The position numbers and the translations under genes are program-made. This document shows, piece after piece, positions 1-8,566 of a stretch of DNA of 33,577 bases (its first letter is position 1; the number at the start of each line of letters is the position of its first letter). Below the pieces are notes generated by a model that did no database searches, was not told the origin of the DNA, and saw nothing but the letters and a program-made list of their open reading frames with translations. Origin of the DNA: Syntrophomonadaceae bacterium (lineage in GTDB: Bacteria > Bacillota > Syntrophomonadia > Syntrophomonadales > Syntrophomonadaceae); the NCBI GenBank assembly GCA_035560815.1, contig DATMYR010000067.1, positions 1-33,577 on the forward strand, written 5' to 3'.

Positions 1-1
1 G

Positions 2-286
2 AGTGATATCGACAAAAAGAAGGTAGGAATCATTGTTGACGAAGTGCTGGAAGTATTACGGGTGTCGCAGCGTTATATCGAAGGGGCTCCGGAAATATGC
101 CAGGACAACAAGATGCAAAAATACCTGGAAGGCATCGCCAACCTGAATGATCGGATGATCATGATGCTGGATCTGCAGCATGTTTTACAGGAAAACGAAT
201 GGCAGAAGCTGGCGGAAATCAGCGAACCGGGCAAGACGCAGCCCAAAGCCAATCCCAAACTAAAAAAACAGGGTAGGAGTTCTTAA
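2..286 (+). CDS. cheW: CheW-like chemotaxis coupling protein, C-terminal part (5' end outside the window)
   Basis: Open frame runs from the window edge to the TAA at 284-286. The translation ...GIIVDEVLEVLRVSQRYIEGAPE...LNDRMIMMLDLQHVL matches the CheW C-terminus. Stop sits next to the cheB ATG. Confidence 0.7.
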   Translation, partial: SDIDKKKVGIIVDEVLEVLRVSQRYIEGAPEICQDNKMQKYLEGIANLNDRMIMMLDLQHVLQENEWQKLAEISEPGKTQPKANPKLKKQGRSS

Positions 287-1339
287 ATGATTAAGGTATT
301 AATAGCCGATGATTCGGCCTTAATGCGCAAGACTCTCAAGCGCATCCTGGAAGCTGACCCGGAGATCGAGGTGATCGGTGGTGCCCGGGACGGGGAGGAT
401 GTGGTGGTAAAGGCCCGAGAGCTTATGCCGGATTTAATCACGATGGACGTAAATATGCCCAAACAGGATGGCATCACAGCCCTGCAGCATATTGTAAGCG
501 AAAAAATATGCCCTGTTATTATGGTATCCTCCCTTACCCAGGCGGGGGCCATGACGACCTTTGAGGCACTGGAATTGGGAGCTTTTGATTTCGTTGGGAA
601 ACCTGGAGGCACTGTCTCTGCTGATATGGGAGAAGTTGCCAAAGAACTGGTGGGCAAAATCAAAGCAGCGGTAAAAGGGGGCAGCAGCAAGCGCTCAGTA
701 ACCGAAAGATTGGCCCGTCCTACCCGGAGCACGGAGAGGAACACAGTGAGGTCGGTCCGGAAGCACAGCATGAAAGCTGTAGCCATGGGCATATCCACCG
801 GAGGCCCAAAAATGATCTATGAAGTGCTGCCCTATATTCCGCGTGATGTTAACGCTGCCTTCTTTTTGGTCCAGCATATGCCGGCCAATTTTTCTACTCC
901 TTATATCAAAAGACTTTCGGAATCCTGCCAGTTGGATGTAGTGGAAGCCCAGGCGGGGACGAAAATTGAACCGGGTAAATGCTATGTAGGGGGCGGAGGA
1001 AGACATCTCAACCTGGTTAACAGTGCAGCCGGGGTACCGATCATCCGCCTAGCCTCTCGTCCGGAGCACCTGTTTATTCCTTCAGTGAGCGTGATGATGG
1101 ATTCAGTTCTTAGTATATACGGAAACCGGACCATTGGAGTTATTATGACCGGCATGGGCAGTGACGGGGCTGATAGTATGGTTAAGATCAAGCAGGCAGG
1201 TGGTATAACCATCGCCGAAGCTGAGGAGAGCGCGATCGTGTTCGGGATGCCGGGTGAGGCTATCAAACGCGGCGGTGCTCAGATCGTAGCACCGATTTGG
1301 AATATTGCCGATGAAATCATACGCGCGATAGAACGCTAG
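287..1339 (+). CDS. cheB: Protein-glutamate methylesterase CheB (receiver domain plus methylesterase domain)
   Basis: 350 aa. N-terminal receiver motifs (VLIADDSALMR ... ITMDVNMP) and C-terminal CheB methylesterase domain (GISTGGP ... HMPANF ... GMGSDGA). AGGAG ribosome-binding site at 275-279, ATG at 287. Confidence 0.9.
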   Translation: MIKVLIADDSALMRKTLKRILEADPEIEVIGGARDGEDVVVKARELMPDLITMDVNMPKQDGITALQHIVSEKICPVIMVSSLTQAGAMTTFEALELGAFDFVGKPGGTVSADMGEVAKELVGKIKAAVKGGSSKRSVTERLARPTRSTERNTVRSVRKHSMKAVAMGISTGGPKMIYEVLPYIPRDVNAAFFLVQHMPANFSTPYIKRLSESCQLDVVEAQAGTKIEPGKCYVGGGGRHLNLVNSAAGVPIIRLASRPEHLFIPSVSVMMDSVLSIYGNRTIGVIMTGMGSDGADSMVKIKQAGGITIAEAEESAIVFGMPGEAIKRGGAQIVAPIWNIADEIIRAIER

Positions 1340-1500
1340 CCTGACCCTTTGAGGACGGTCAACAAATTCAGAAAGGGGAGGGCTGAAAACCAGGGTGCCA
1401 GGAGCATTGCGTTAATATATCAACGAAACGCCGGATAGCCGGCGTAACAACCCGAAGTTGTGCAGTACATTACAGGTTCATGAAGAGAGGGGAGAAGCTT

Positions 1501-1884
1501 ATGAAGGGAATTAAAGCAGATGGGGTTGCGATTAGAGTCATGGCAGTGGATGATTCCCCGGTGTCGCGAAAAATGATTAAAAAGGCCTTGGAACCGGAAG
1601 GCTTCCAAATTGTTGCCGAAGCAGGCAACGGTAAGCAGGCGGTTGACCTATACCCCACGGTAAATCCCGATGTAATTACAATGGATGTTACCATGCCGAT
1701 CATGGACGGACTGGAAGCAGCCTCGGCGATCAAGGGCATCAATCCCTCTCAGAAGATCATCATGCTTAGTGCAATGGGAGATGAGGACATCAGGATCGAA
1801 GCACGTCAGCGAGGCATCGACGAAGTATGTTCCAAACCGTTTAAGCCTGAGGATATTATAGGGACCATACTCAGGATACTGTAG
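1501..1884 (+). CDS. cheY: CheY-like single-domain response regulator
   Basis: Receiver-domain motifs (MAVDDSP, ITMDVTMP, MLSAMG). ATG at 1501 is preceded by AGAGGGGAG. The ORF-track start at 1480 is a less likely alternative. Confidence 0.85.
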   Translation: MKGIKADGVAIRVMAVDDSPVSRKMIKKALEPEGFQIVAEAGNGKQAVDLYPTVNPDVITMDVTMPIMDGLEAASAIKGINPSQKIIMLSAMGDEDIRIEARQRGIDEVCSKPFKPEDIIGTILRIL

Positions 1885-1900
1885 AAATGAGGTGAAGTTC

Positions 1901-2374
1901 ATGGAAATGAGTGCACAATTTGCACCGTTTGTTAAAGCCACAATAAAGATACTCAAGGATATGCTGGGTTTTCAGATTACCAACGGTGATAACGAGAAAG
2001 AGGCCGATATCTTTACTTCCCGGGGATTTGCAGTCATGGTGGGATTCACCGGAGGCTGGAAAGGGCGCCTTATTCTCGATATGCCCGGGGAGACGGCTAT
2101 GAAAATGGCCAGTTCCATGACCGGGGAAGTCTACAGCGGTGCTGGTGAGGAAGAAGTCCTATTATCAGGAGCGGAGCTGGGCAATATTATTGGGGGAAAC
2201 GCTATAACCGAAGTAAACAACAGCCAACCTGGTTTGAAGATCCGCTTGACTCCTCCCAGCGTTTTTTCCGGAGATGAGATGACATTTTTCAATGCTCGCC
2301 TCAGTTCCTGGTCAGTCCTCTTGAATACGGATGCCGGACCGGTGAAGTTAAATGTTGCAATAGAGGGGGCTTAG
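1901..2374 (+). CDS. CheC/CheX-family CheY-P phosphatase (CheX-like, single active-site motif)
   Basis: One E-x2-N-x22-P motif (AELGN ... 22 residues ... P), size about 157 aa. ATG at 1901 with GAGGTG ribosome-binding site. A GTG at 1892 is an alternative start. Confidence 0.7.
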   Translation: MEMSAQFAPFVKATIKILKDMLGFQITNGDNEKEADIFTSRGFAVMVGFTGGWKGRLILDMPGETAMKMASSMTGEVYSGAGEEEVLLSGAELGNIIGGNAITEVNNSQPGLKIRLTPPSVFSGDEMTFFNARLSSWSVLLNTDAGPVKLNVAIEGA

Positions 2375-2377
2375 GCA

Positions 2378-2839
2378 ATGGATATCAAATATATTAACGG
2401 ATTTATTAACGGCCTGCTCAATGTTTGCGGCACACTGGGCCTTTCTGATATGAAACGTACCGGACTTGCCAAGCGTGAACATTTGGAGATTGACAAAGAG
2501 GTCAATATTGTACAGGGAATGGTCGGGAGTTTGAATGGAAACGTGGTTTTGTCCATGGAGGATCAAACTGCTCGCAACATTGCCTCCTTGATGATGGGCG
2601 GCATGGAAGTTGCGACCCTGGACATGATCCCCAAGAGCGCTCTTTGTGAACTGGCCAATATGATCTCCGGGAACAGTGTAGCGGCACTGGGGGCCCAAAC
2701 AGAACCCGTAGAAATGAGCCCACCAACCCTGGTAAACGGGAAACGTATTGTAGCCCTGGTTAGCCTGGTGGAAACCCTGGAAATCCAATTTTCCGGAGCA
2801 ACCGGGACATTAAGCCTGAGCATAGCCCTGGAAGGGTAA
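2378..2839 (+). CDS. Second CheC/CheX-family phosphatase (paralog of the previous gene)
   Basis: 153 aa. An ELAN ... 21 or 22 residues ... P motif, same fold class as the upstream gene. Tandem arrangement. Confidence 0.7.
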   Translation: MDIKYINGFINGLLNVCGTLGLSDMKRTGLAKREHLEIDKEVNIVQGMVGSLNGNVVLSMEDQTARNIASLMMGGMEVATLDMIPKSALCELANMISGNSVAALGAQTEPVEMSPPTLVNGKRIVALVSLVETLEIQFSGATGTLSLSIALEG

Positions 2840-2960
2840 AAGGTCAAGGCTTCTGCTTCTGAAATCTGATACCTTTTCGCCCAAGAAGTTATAGATTGGC
2901 GGAATTTCCGATAACCCATGATTCTGGATAATGATGTTCAGGATGAGACGGGGTAGCAGT

Positions 2961-5102
2961 ATGAAAAAAGGTGGCAGCGAGATCGGAGTAGCTATTGTCG
3001 GGGGAGGGCATGGATGTCTGGAACTGATGTCCCTCATCCAGAGCTTTGCATTGGAAGAATTTCAAGCCCGTATTATCGGAGTGGCTGACCAGCGGTGCCC
3101 GGCTCCGGGCTTGAAGTATGCCAGGGAACAGGGATATATGACTACCCAGGATTATACCGATTTTTACTGCCACCCAGAAGTGGAAATTCTTATCGAGTTA
3201 ACCGGAGTTCCCCAGGTGCTAGATCACATCTATAAAACCAAACCGCCCCATATGAAAGTCATAGACCATATATCAGCTCGCCTATTTTGGGACCTAATGC
3301 GTCATAAAGCCGATTACCGTTCCCGGGCAATCCTGGAATCAATTCGGGATGCTTTTATCGTTGTCGATGAACAGGGAAAAATTCTGCAGTTCAACCAGCG
3401 AGCGCAAAACATGTTTCCCGGGTTATTTACTGGAGGCAGCAGCATCCGTGTTTCAGCTTTTATGAAAGCGGTCTTTGGGACCGATCTTTATCGTTTCCTG
3501 GACACGGAAGAAAATGTGATCTACCGACTCGTTGCCTACCCGGGCAGTGGTCAGGAGTTTCCCATCGAAATGGTGGCATTTCAGGTTGAAATTGAGAAAA
3601 ATGCCTGCTGGGTATTCTCTTTTCGCGATGCCAGTGAAAGGCAGCGAGCCCAACAGGAGATATCCCGCCTACAACGCTGGGAAACGGTGTTTAACAATAC
3701 TGCCTGTGCTTTTGGCGAGTCGTCTGATCTGGATCAAGCCATTGCATACACAGTTCAAACTGTCGGAGAGCTGTTTGACGCCCAGGGGGTTGTCGTATGC
3801 ACTATCGCTTCGCACAGCCGCAACCTGTTATTGAAAAGTGTTTATCATAACATCAGCAGCAAGTATCCGGACTACAGAAAAATTAAAACCTCTTCCATGC
3901 TTCCTTTTATCAGTGAAAACCTGGAGTCAGGCAATATGATTAAGATTCACAATGTGGATACTCTGCCCCATCCGGACCGCAGTACCCTTCGTTCCCTGGA
4001 AATCAAGTCCTTCCTGGGACTTCCCATTGTCGTCCAGGACCAACTTTGGGGGGCGATTTTTGTGGACAGCCGCCTGAAGCGTTTCTGGTCAGGGGATGAG
4101 GTCGATTTCCTGCTCTCCATCGTAAATATCATACAAAATGCCCTTACCCGCAAAGATGTGGAGGAAAGCCTCCACGAATCTGAGACCCTCTATCAACAAA
4201 TTGTGGACCATTCCCTGACCGGGTTTTACATCATTCAGAAGCATCGACTGGTCTTCGTTAATCAGTGTTTAGCCAATTTGTTCGGCTATGATTCTGAAGA
4301 ACTTCTCAATAGAGACCCCCTGGACTTCATCCATCCAGATGATCGACATACGATCTGTAGTCCAACGTCCGGGGAAAGGCCCGGCAACAGAATCGTCAGG
4401 GGAATTAAGAAAGACGGAAATATCTTCTGGGTGGAGTGTTCCAATAGTTTGATTACCCTGAAAGGCAAACCGGCATTTATTGGGAACCTTCTTGATGTAA
4501 GCGAACGAATCATCAATGAACAAAACATAAGCCGTGTGTTTGAATCGATTACCATGCTGGCTGGCACCATGGTAGAACAGAGGGATCCGTATACCGCCGG
4601 ACATCAGCGGCGGGTAGCGGATATCTGTGTGGCCATTGGCAAGAAAATGATGCTGTCCAAGGTGCAATTGGAAGGATTGCGCGTGGCTGCCTTGCTTCAC
4701 GATCTGGGGAAATGTGCGGTGCCCATCGAAATCCTTACCAAGCCGGGAAGGCTGCGCTCCTCGGAAACCCAATTCATCCAACTGCACAGTCAATTGGGGG
4801 CTGAAATACTCTCCGATATACCATTTCCCTGGGATGTCTCCACCATTGTCATGCAGCATCACGAGCGCTTGGACGGGTCCGGTTATCCAGGCCGGTTAAA
4901 AGGTGATGAGATCCGGATTGAGGCACGTATACTTGCAGTAGCTGACGTTTTGGAAGCCATGTCTTCTCACCGGCCTTACCGCCCTTCTTTGGGATTGGAA
5001 AGTGCGCTGCAAGAGCTTCAGGAGAAGGCCGGGCTGCTCTATGATGAACAGGTTGTGGCGGTTCTGCAACAGATATTGGATACTTTGGATATCAGCGCCT
5101 GA
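2961..5102 (+). CDS. Multidomain c-di-GMP phosphodiesterase: Gfo/Idh/MocA-like Rossmann N-domain, PAS, GAF, PAS, HD-GYP
   Basis: N-terminus IGVAIVGGGHG ... ARIIGVADQ ... YTDFYCHPEVEILIELTGV resembles an NAD(P)-binding Rossmann fold. PAS-like and GAF-like segments lie in the middle. C-terminal HD-GYP core (HQRRVA ... LHDLGK ... HHERLDGSGYPGRLKG). Alternative start ATG at 2931. Confidence 0.8.
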   Translation: MKKGGSEIGVAIVGGGHGCLELMSLIQSFALEEFQARIIGVADQRCPAPGLKYAREQGYMTTQDYTDFYCHPEVEILIELTGVPQVLDHIYKTKPPHMKVIDHISARLFWDLMRHKADYRSRAILESIRDAFIVVDEQGKILQFNQRAQNMFPGLFTGGSSIRVSAFMKAVFGTDLYRFLDTEENVIYRLVAYPGSGQEFPIEMVAFQVEIEKNACWVFSFRDASERQRAQQEISRLQRWETVFNNTACAFGESSDLDQAIAYTVQTVGELFDAQGVVVCTIASHSRNLLLKSVYHNISSKYPDYRKIKTSSMLPFISENLESGNMIKIHNVDTLPHPDRSTLRSLEIKSFLGLPIVVQDQLWGAIFVDSRLKRFWSGDEVDFLLSIVNIIQNALTRKDVEESLHESETLYQQIVDHSLTGFYIIQKHRLVFVNQCLANLFGYDSEELLNRDPLDFIHPDDRHTICSPTSGERPGNRIVRGIKKDGNIFWVECSNSLITLKGKPAFIGNLLDVSERIINEQNISRVFESITMLAGTMVEQRDPYTAGHQRRVADICVAIGKKMMLSKVQLEGLRVAALLHDLGKCAVPIEILTKPGRLRSSETQFIQLHSQLGAEILSDIPFPWDVSTIVMQHHERLDGSGYPGRLKGDEIRIEARILAVADVLEAMSSHRPYRPSLGLESALQELQEKAGLLYDEQVVAVLQQILDTLDISA

Positions 5103-5252
5103 CGATCCCCGGACTTTTCGCAGGCCTTTTCTATGTTTGCTCTTCCCTAAGGTAGCCGATCTTGCCATGAAATATAAAATGCTTTTATAAACCCCGTCCT
5201 TCAGGGGAAATGGAGGCCCTTACCTCTGTTAGAATGAAGTTTCCCAGGGTAA

Positions 5253-5280
5253 TTGACATTAGGGCAAGAACCAGTATAAT
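5253..5280 (+). promoter_or_regulatory. Consensus sigma-A-type promoter: TTGACA, 16-nt spacer, TATAAT
   Basis: TTGACA at 5253-5258, 16-nt spacer, TATAAT at 5275-5280. No ORF follows within several hundred bp. Confidence 0.4.
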
Positions 5281-5345
5281 GAAGATAATTAACAAGTAAT
5301 GCATACCTTGTACAGCTGAATATAGTAATAATTTTTGAGAGCCTT

Positions 5346-5380
5346 GAGCCCCTATTTTAGGGGCTCTTTGTCATTTATTC
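5346..5380 (+). terminator. Rho-independent terminator-like hairpin (GAGCCCCT / AGGGGCTC, then TTTGTCATTTATT)
   Basis: 8-bp GC-rich stem, 5-nt loop and a T-rich tail, about 65-95 nt downstream of the orphan promoter. Confidence 0.45.
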
Positions 5381-5779
5381 GGGTTTTTCCGGCGCGGCAT
5401 AGTTCGGAAGATCTACGAATGGTTAACCCACTTTTCTTATTTGGAAAAGATCGTGGAGAAAAGGCTTGAGAGACACAACGTCATATTCCTTCCGCTTGAC
5501 CGCATACATCTCGAATAGATAGTGATTGTACACTCACGCAATTTTGAGACTGCAATCTTAATAGAGTAAATAGCATTTCTCCGCAGAATGAAAAGCCTGA
5601 CAGCCAGACGTGTTTGGATAAGACCGAATCACAGAATGCAAGTGTTATTAAAGATCATTGCCAGTGGCGCCCGTGAAACCATTTGGAGGAAGATGGATCC
5701 ATTGAGGGGGAGAGCATAGGACAGGAATAACAGGCATATTTAATTAAAGTGCTGTTGATAGATATAAGAAGTAAAGGAG

Positions 5780-6340
5780 GTGATTCGTGTGCCTATAGAC
5801 AAATTCGCCGAAAGTGGAGAGAAACGCGGTTTGGTAATTGTTATTACTGGAAATGGAAAAGGAAAAACGACTTCTGCTTTCGGGCAGGCTTTGAGAGCCA
5901 CAGGACAGGGATACCGGGTCTGTATTATTCAGTTCATGAAGGGGAGAGCTTATGGAGAAGTTCTGGCCGTGCAGAAATACCTGCCGACCATCCAGCTGAT
6001 TCAATATGGACTGGATAGTTTCGTCATGCGGGATAATCCTGCACCGGTGGATATCGACCTGGCTCGCCAGGGCTTCGAAAAGGCCAAGGAGGTTATTCAA
6101 AGCGGGGATTTTGACATGGTTATTCTCGATGAAATCAATGTTGTTCTCGATTTTAACCTGGTACCGGAAGCAGATATCCTGGAGATGGTGAAAAACAAGC
6201 CCCCGGAATTGGATTTGGTCATGACCGGCCGCTATGCGTCCCAGGCTTTGAGAGAATTAGCCGATACGGTCAGTGAGGTTGGTGAAGTAAAACACCATTA
6301 TCAAGCTGGTATAAAGAACCGGGCCGGTATTGAATATTAA
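5780..6340 (+). CDS. cobO: Cob(I)yrinic acid a,c-diamide (corrinoid) adenosyltransferase, CobA/CobO/BtuR type
   Basis: P-loop GNGKGKTTSAFGQ plus the conserved IQFMKG ... DLVMTGR family motifs. GTG start directly after AAAGGAGG. Confidence 0.85.
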   Translation: MIRVPIDKFAESGEKRGLVIVITGNGKGKTTSAFGQALRATGQGYRVCIIQFMKGRAYGEVLAVQKYLPTIQLIQYGLDSFVMRDNPAPVDIDLARQGFEKAKEVIQSGDFDMVILDEINVVLDFNLVPEADILEMVKNKPPELDLVMTGRYASQALRELADTVSEVGEVKHHYQAGIKNRAGIEY

Positions 6341-6440
6341 AGAACTGGTAGTCGAAGAGCAAAGCAAGATCTAAGAACCATGGTGAAAGTTAGATAGAGA
6401 TAAGTTGGTTTGAGCGAGCGAAAAGAGGAGGGGTTACAGG

Positions 6441-8120
6441 ATGTTTACACCGGATGTACTCGAGCAATCCAAAACCATGAGGTCTAAATGGGAAGATGAA
6501 GTAAAAAAGATCGTGGCTAAAAAGGCCGACCAGAAGCCCGAGTGGACAACAGTATCAGACCTGGCCATCAAGCGTTTGTACGGCCCGGAAGACATCAGAG
6601 ACATGGATTTTGCCAAAGACATTAGCTACCCCGGACAATATCCATTTCTCCGTGGAAATCAGGCAACCGGATACCGAGGAAAATATTGGACCTTCAGAAT
6701 GTTTGCTGGTATGGGCAGCGCTGAAGAGACCAACAAGCGCTGGCATTATTTGCTTAATTCCGGACAAACCGGCCTAAGCACCGCTTTTGATTTCCCCACA
6801 CTGATGGGCTATGATACCGATTCCCCCAAAGCCCGGGGTGAATGCGGCAAATGCGGTGTGGCTATTGATTCTATAGAGGACTTTCAAAAGTTGATTAAAG
6901 ACATTCCACTGGATACCATTTCCACATCTATGACCATCAATCCCCCAGCAACGATTTTGTGGGCTATGTATTGCGCTTCTGCACAGATGCAGGGTATCGG
7001 TCTGGACAAGATCAATGGCACAATTCAGAACGATATGTTAAAAGAATTCATCGCGCAGAAGACTCTGATGTGCCCCCCCGAACCTTCGGTGAAGCTGATC
7101 AGCGATACTGTTGAATTCGGGACGAAGTATGTGCCCGGATGGAACACTATCAGCATCAGCGGTTACCACATTCGGGAAGCAGGAGCTACTGCTGTTCAGG
7201 AACTGGCCTTCACCCTGCGCGATGGCATGGAATATGTGGAAGACGTGATAAAACGTAAAGGGCTGCATGTGGATCAATTTGCTCCTCGGTTGTCCTTCTT
7301 CTTTAATGCCCACATCGATTTCTTTGAAGAGATTGCCAAACTACGGGCCGCTCGCCGCATCTGGGCCAAAGCCATGCGGGAGCGTTACAATTCCCAGGAT
7401 CAACGTTCATGGTGGATGCGTTTCCATACCCAGACTGCCGGGTGCTCCCTGACTGCCCAGCAGCCTTATAATAATGTGGTTCGAACCGCTGTCGAGGCCC
7501 TGGCCGCCGTTCTGGGAGGAACTCAATCCCTGCACACCAACTCTCTGGATGAGGTTTTATGCCTGCCTTCCGAACACGCGGTGCAAATCGCCTTAAGAAC
7601 TCAGCAGATCATCGCTGAAGAAACCGGTGTGACCAACACAATCGATCCCCTGGCTGGTTCCTATTTCATTGAATCCCTGACCAACGAGATGGAAGAGAAG
7701 GCCTGGGACTACATTCACAAGATCGATGATATGGGAGGTATGGTAGCCGCCATTGAAAGAGGTTTCCCGCAGATGGAAATATCCGATGCTGCTTATCGTT
7801 TCCAACGGCAGATTGATGCTGAAGAGAAGATCATGATCGGTGTCAACAAGTATAATACCGATGACGTAGTTGAAATCCCCTTTGTTGAGATTGATGACAC
7901 TGTGGAAAGAGAACAATTGGAGCGCCTGAGTGACTTAAAACGCCGGCGTGACAGCCGCAAGGTCTCCGAGTGTTTGAAAGACATCAAATCGGCCTGTGAA
8001 AAGGGTGACAATGTCATGCCATATTGCATCGAAGCCGTCAAAAACTATGCCACTGTTCAAGAAATTTGCGACGTATATCGGGAAGTCTACGGCGAATACC
8101 GTGACCCCGGCATATATTAG
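6441..8120 (+). CDS. Adenosylcobalamin-dependent acyl-CoA mutase, large (substrate-binding TIM-barrel) subunit, ICM-like signature
   Basis: Aligns by eye along its full length to the methylmalonyl-CoA mutase catalytic domain (FLRG ... WT.R.FAG ... GLS.AFD.PT ... GVAIDS ... SISGYH..EAGAT ... DQFAPRLSFF ... AKLRAAR). Has Phe in FRMFAGM and Gln in EFIAQKT where MCM has Tyr89 and Arg207. No B12-binding domain in this ORF. Confidence 0.9.
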   Translation: MFTPDVLEQSKTMRSKWEDEVKKIVAKKADQKPEWTTVSDLAIKRLYGPEDIRDMDFAKDISYPGQYPFLRGNQATGYRGKYWTFRMFAGMGSAEETNKRWHYLLNSGQTGLSTAFDFPTLMGYDTDSPKARGECGKCGVAIDSIEDFQKLIKDIPLDTISTSMTINPPATILWAMYCASAQMQGIGLDKINGTIQNDMLKEFIAQKTLMCPPEPSVKLISDTVEFGTKYVPGWNTISISGYHIREAGATAVQELAFTLRDGMEYVEDVIKRKGLHVDQFAPRLSFFFNAHIDFFEEIAKLRAARRIWAKAMRERYNSQDQRSWWMRFHTQTAGCSLTAQQPYNNVVRTAVEALAAVLGGTQSLHTNSLDEVLCLPSEHAVQIALRTQQIIAEETGVTNTIDPLAGSYFIESLTNEMEEKAWDYIHKIDDMGGMVAAIERGFPQMEISDAAYRFQRQIDAEEKIMIGVNKYNTDDVVEIPFVEIDDTVEREQLERLSDLKRRRDSRKVSECLKDIKSACEKGDNVMPYCIEAVKNYATVQEICDVYREVYGEYRDPGIY

Positions 8121-8144
8121 AAATTACTGGAGGAGGTAAGCAAT

Positions 8145-8549
8145 ATGTCTAACAGGAAAATCCGTATTTTGCTGGCGAAACCCGGTCTTGACGGCCATGA
8201 TCGCGGAGCCAAAGTCCTGGCTAGAGCTTTTCGTGACGCAGGCTTTGAAGTGATATATACCGGCTGTCACCAGACGCCGGAACAGATTGTTGGAGCAGCC
8301 CTGCAGGAGGATGTTGATATGGTAGGCTTAAGCTGTCTGTCCGGGGCTCATACCTATCTTTATCCCAGAGTAGCTGAGCTCCTAAGAGAGCAAGGCGCAG
8401 ATGATATTACCGTAGTCGGCGGGGGCATCATCCCCGATAAAGATTTTCAGCCCCTTTATGATGCAGGCTTAAAAGCCCTTTTTACTCCCGGTGCTACGCT
8501 GGAATCGATTTGTACATGGATTCAAGAAAACATCAAACCAAGGGATTAA
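8145..8549 (+). CDS. Acyl-CoA mutase small subunit (B12-binding domain, DxHxxG)
   Basis: 134 aa, [19 protein letters not shown] ... GLSCLSGAH ... VVGGGIIP. Classic cobalamin-binding Rossmann domain immediately downstream of the large subunit, with an AGGAGG ribosome-binding site. Confidence 0.85.
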   Translation: MSNRKIRILLAKPGLDGHDRGAKVLARAFRDAGFEVIYTGCHQTPEQIVGAALQEDVDMVGLSCLSGAHTYLYPRVAELLREQGADDITVVGGGIIPDKDFQPLYDAGLKALFTPGATLESICTWIQENIKPRD

Positions 8550-8566
8550 TAAAGGACGTGATAAAT

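Noticed and set aside
283-798. 171-aa minus-strand ORF (one of many antisense ORFs of 60-220 aa, e.g. 8798..9316, 18780..19439, 4269..4862, 28705..29277)
   Set aside because: These lie entirely within well-supported sense-strand genes with clear family motifs. They have no ribosome-binding sites and low-complexity translations, typical of spurious antisense frames.
5640-5700. GCCACTGG heptamer (minus strand), resembling the conserved core of cobalamin riboswitches, upstream of the B12 operon
   Set aside because: It is on the wrong strand for regulating cobA. The flanking sequence does not show the GGTG ... AA.GGGAA ... GGTGAAA ... B12-box arrangement on either strand by eye. Needs a covariance-model scan, so it is not called as a riboswitch.
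8510-8566. Upstream in-frame ATG extending meaB by 19 codons
   Set aside because: It would overlap the small-subunit gene by 40 nt, and the internal ATG at 8567 has an upstream AAGGA ribosome-binding site. The shorter start is preferred, though not proven.
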